From Acidimicrobiia bacterium (GTDB taxonomy: Bacteria > Actinomycetota > Acidimicrobiia > IMCC26256 > BP-133), in contig JBIOUX010000035.1 of assembly GCA_044867425.1 (NCBI GenBank), forward strand, positions 11,477 to 75,476: 64,000 nucleotides of DNA, read 5' to 3'. Each line of letters opens with the position of its first letter. Position 1 is the stretch's first letter. Shown here piece after piece: positions 63,490 through 64,000 of the stretch. Under the pieces are notes generated by a model, which made no database searches, was not told the origin of the DNA, and saw only the letters and a program-made list of their open reading frames with translations. Made by a program: the position numbers and the translations under genes.

Positions 63490-64000
63490 ATGGCACACAT
63501 CCCCCTCGTAGCCACCATCTCGCTCAGCGAGCACGAGCTCACCCGGTTCTTCGTGGCCGTGGTGGCGCTCATGGCCTGCGCCCACCTGGTGGGGAGCCTC
63601 TTCGGTCGCCTCAAGATGCCCCGCGTCATCGGCGAGATCGCCGGTGGGCTGCTGCTCGGTCCCACGGTGCTCGGCGCCATCTCCCCCTCGGCCCAGGCCT
63701 GGGTCTTCGACGCCTTCCCCGAAGAGGGGAAGCTCCTGGCCATGATGTCGTCCTTCGGCGTGGTCCTCCTCATGTTCTTCTCGGGCATGGAGACCCGGGC
63801 CCGCTTCGCTCGCGAAGACCGCAAGGTCGCCATCCCCGTTCTCATCGGCGCCACCGCCCTGCCCTTCCTGGCCGGGCTGGCCGCCCCCCTGGTCTTCGAC
63901 TTCAGCCCCTACATGGGCGCCCGGGGCAACGACGCCTCGCTGGTCATCGTCATCGGCATCGCCGTGGCCATCACCTCGATCCCGGTCATCTCCAAGATCT
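63490..64000 (+). CDS. Cation:proton antiporter (CPA2), partial
   Basis: MPRVIGEIAGGLLLGPTVLG, LLMFFSGME, AITSIPVISKI. Confidence 0.85.
   Translation, partial: MAHIPLVATISLSEHELTRFFVAVVALMACAHLVGSLFGRLKMPRVIGEIAGGLLLGPTVLGAISPSAQAWVFDAFPEEGKLLAMMSSFGVVLLMFFSGMETRARFAREDRKVAIPVLIGATALPFLAGLAAPLVFDFSPYMGARGNDASLVIVIGIAVAITSIPVISKI

Overview
High-GC actinobacterial DNA, most likely Acidimicrobiia (inferred from the 'GYWLVAxDGGVFxFGDA' surface repeats and gene content). Housekeeping content: menaquinone genes in two blocks (merR-menG-menF and menB-menA-menC/menH/menD), a Psp stress locus (TPM-pspA-pspAA-htpX-pspAB), an htrA-phoP-phoR-like operon, and a selenocysteine formate dehydrogenase operon with a SECIS. 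The main accessory region (about 10.2-28 kb) is a minimal type VII secretion locus: a WXG100 gene, an FHA-FtsK EssC/EccC ATPase and a 999-aa WXG-like effector. These are followed by a lower-GC array of lipoproteins and a degenerate second effector cassette. The most striking observation is that the lipoproteins are paralogues of the effector's own C-terminal domain, lacking an internal ~75-aa helical segment, and each effector tail most resembles the lipoprotein(s) directly downstream of it. This suggests a polymorphic effector system with 'self-mimic' (defanged-copy) immunity or homotypic kin recognition. Other candidates: a PhoP-box-driven small RNA with an anti-Shine-Dalgarno loop, a bacterial PLOD/lysyl-hydroxylase-like protein, a methyltransferase-uracil-DNA-glycosylase fusion, and a dispersed palindromic repeat. 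All alignments were done by eye; no database searches were run.
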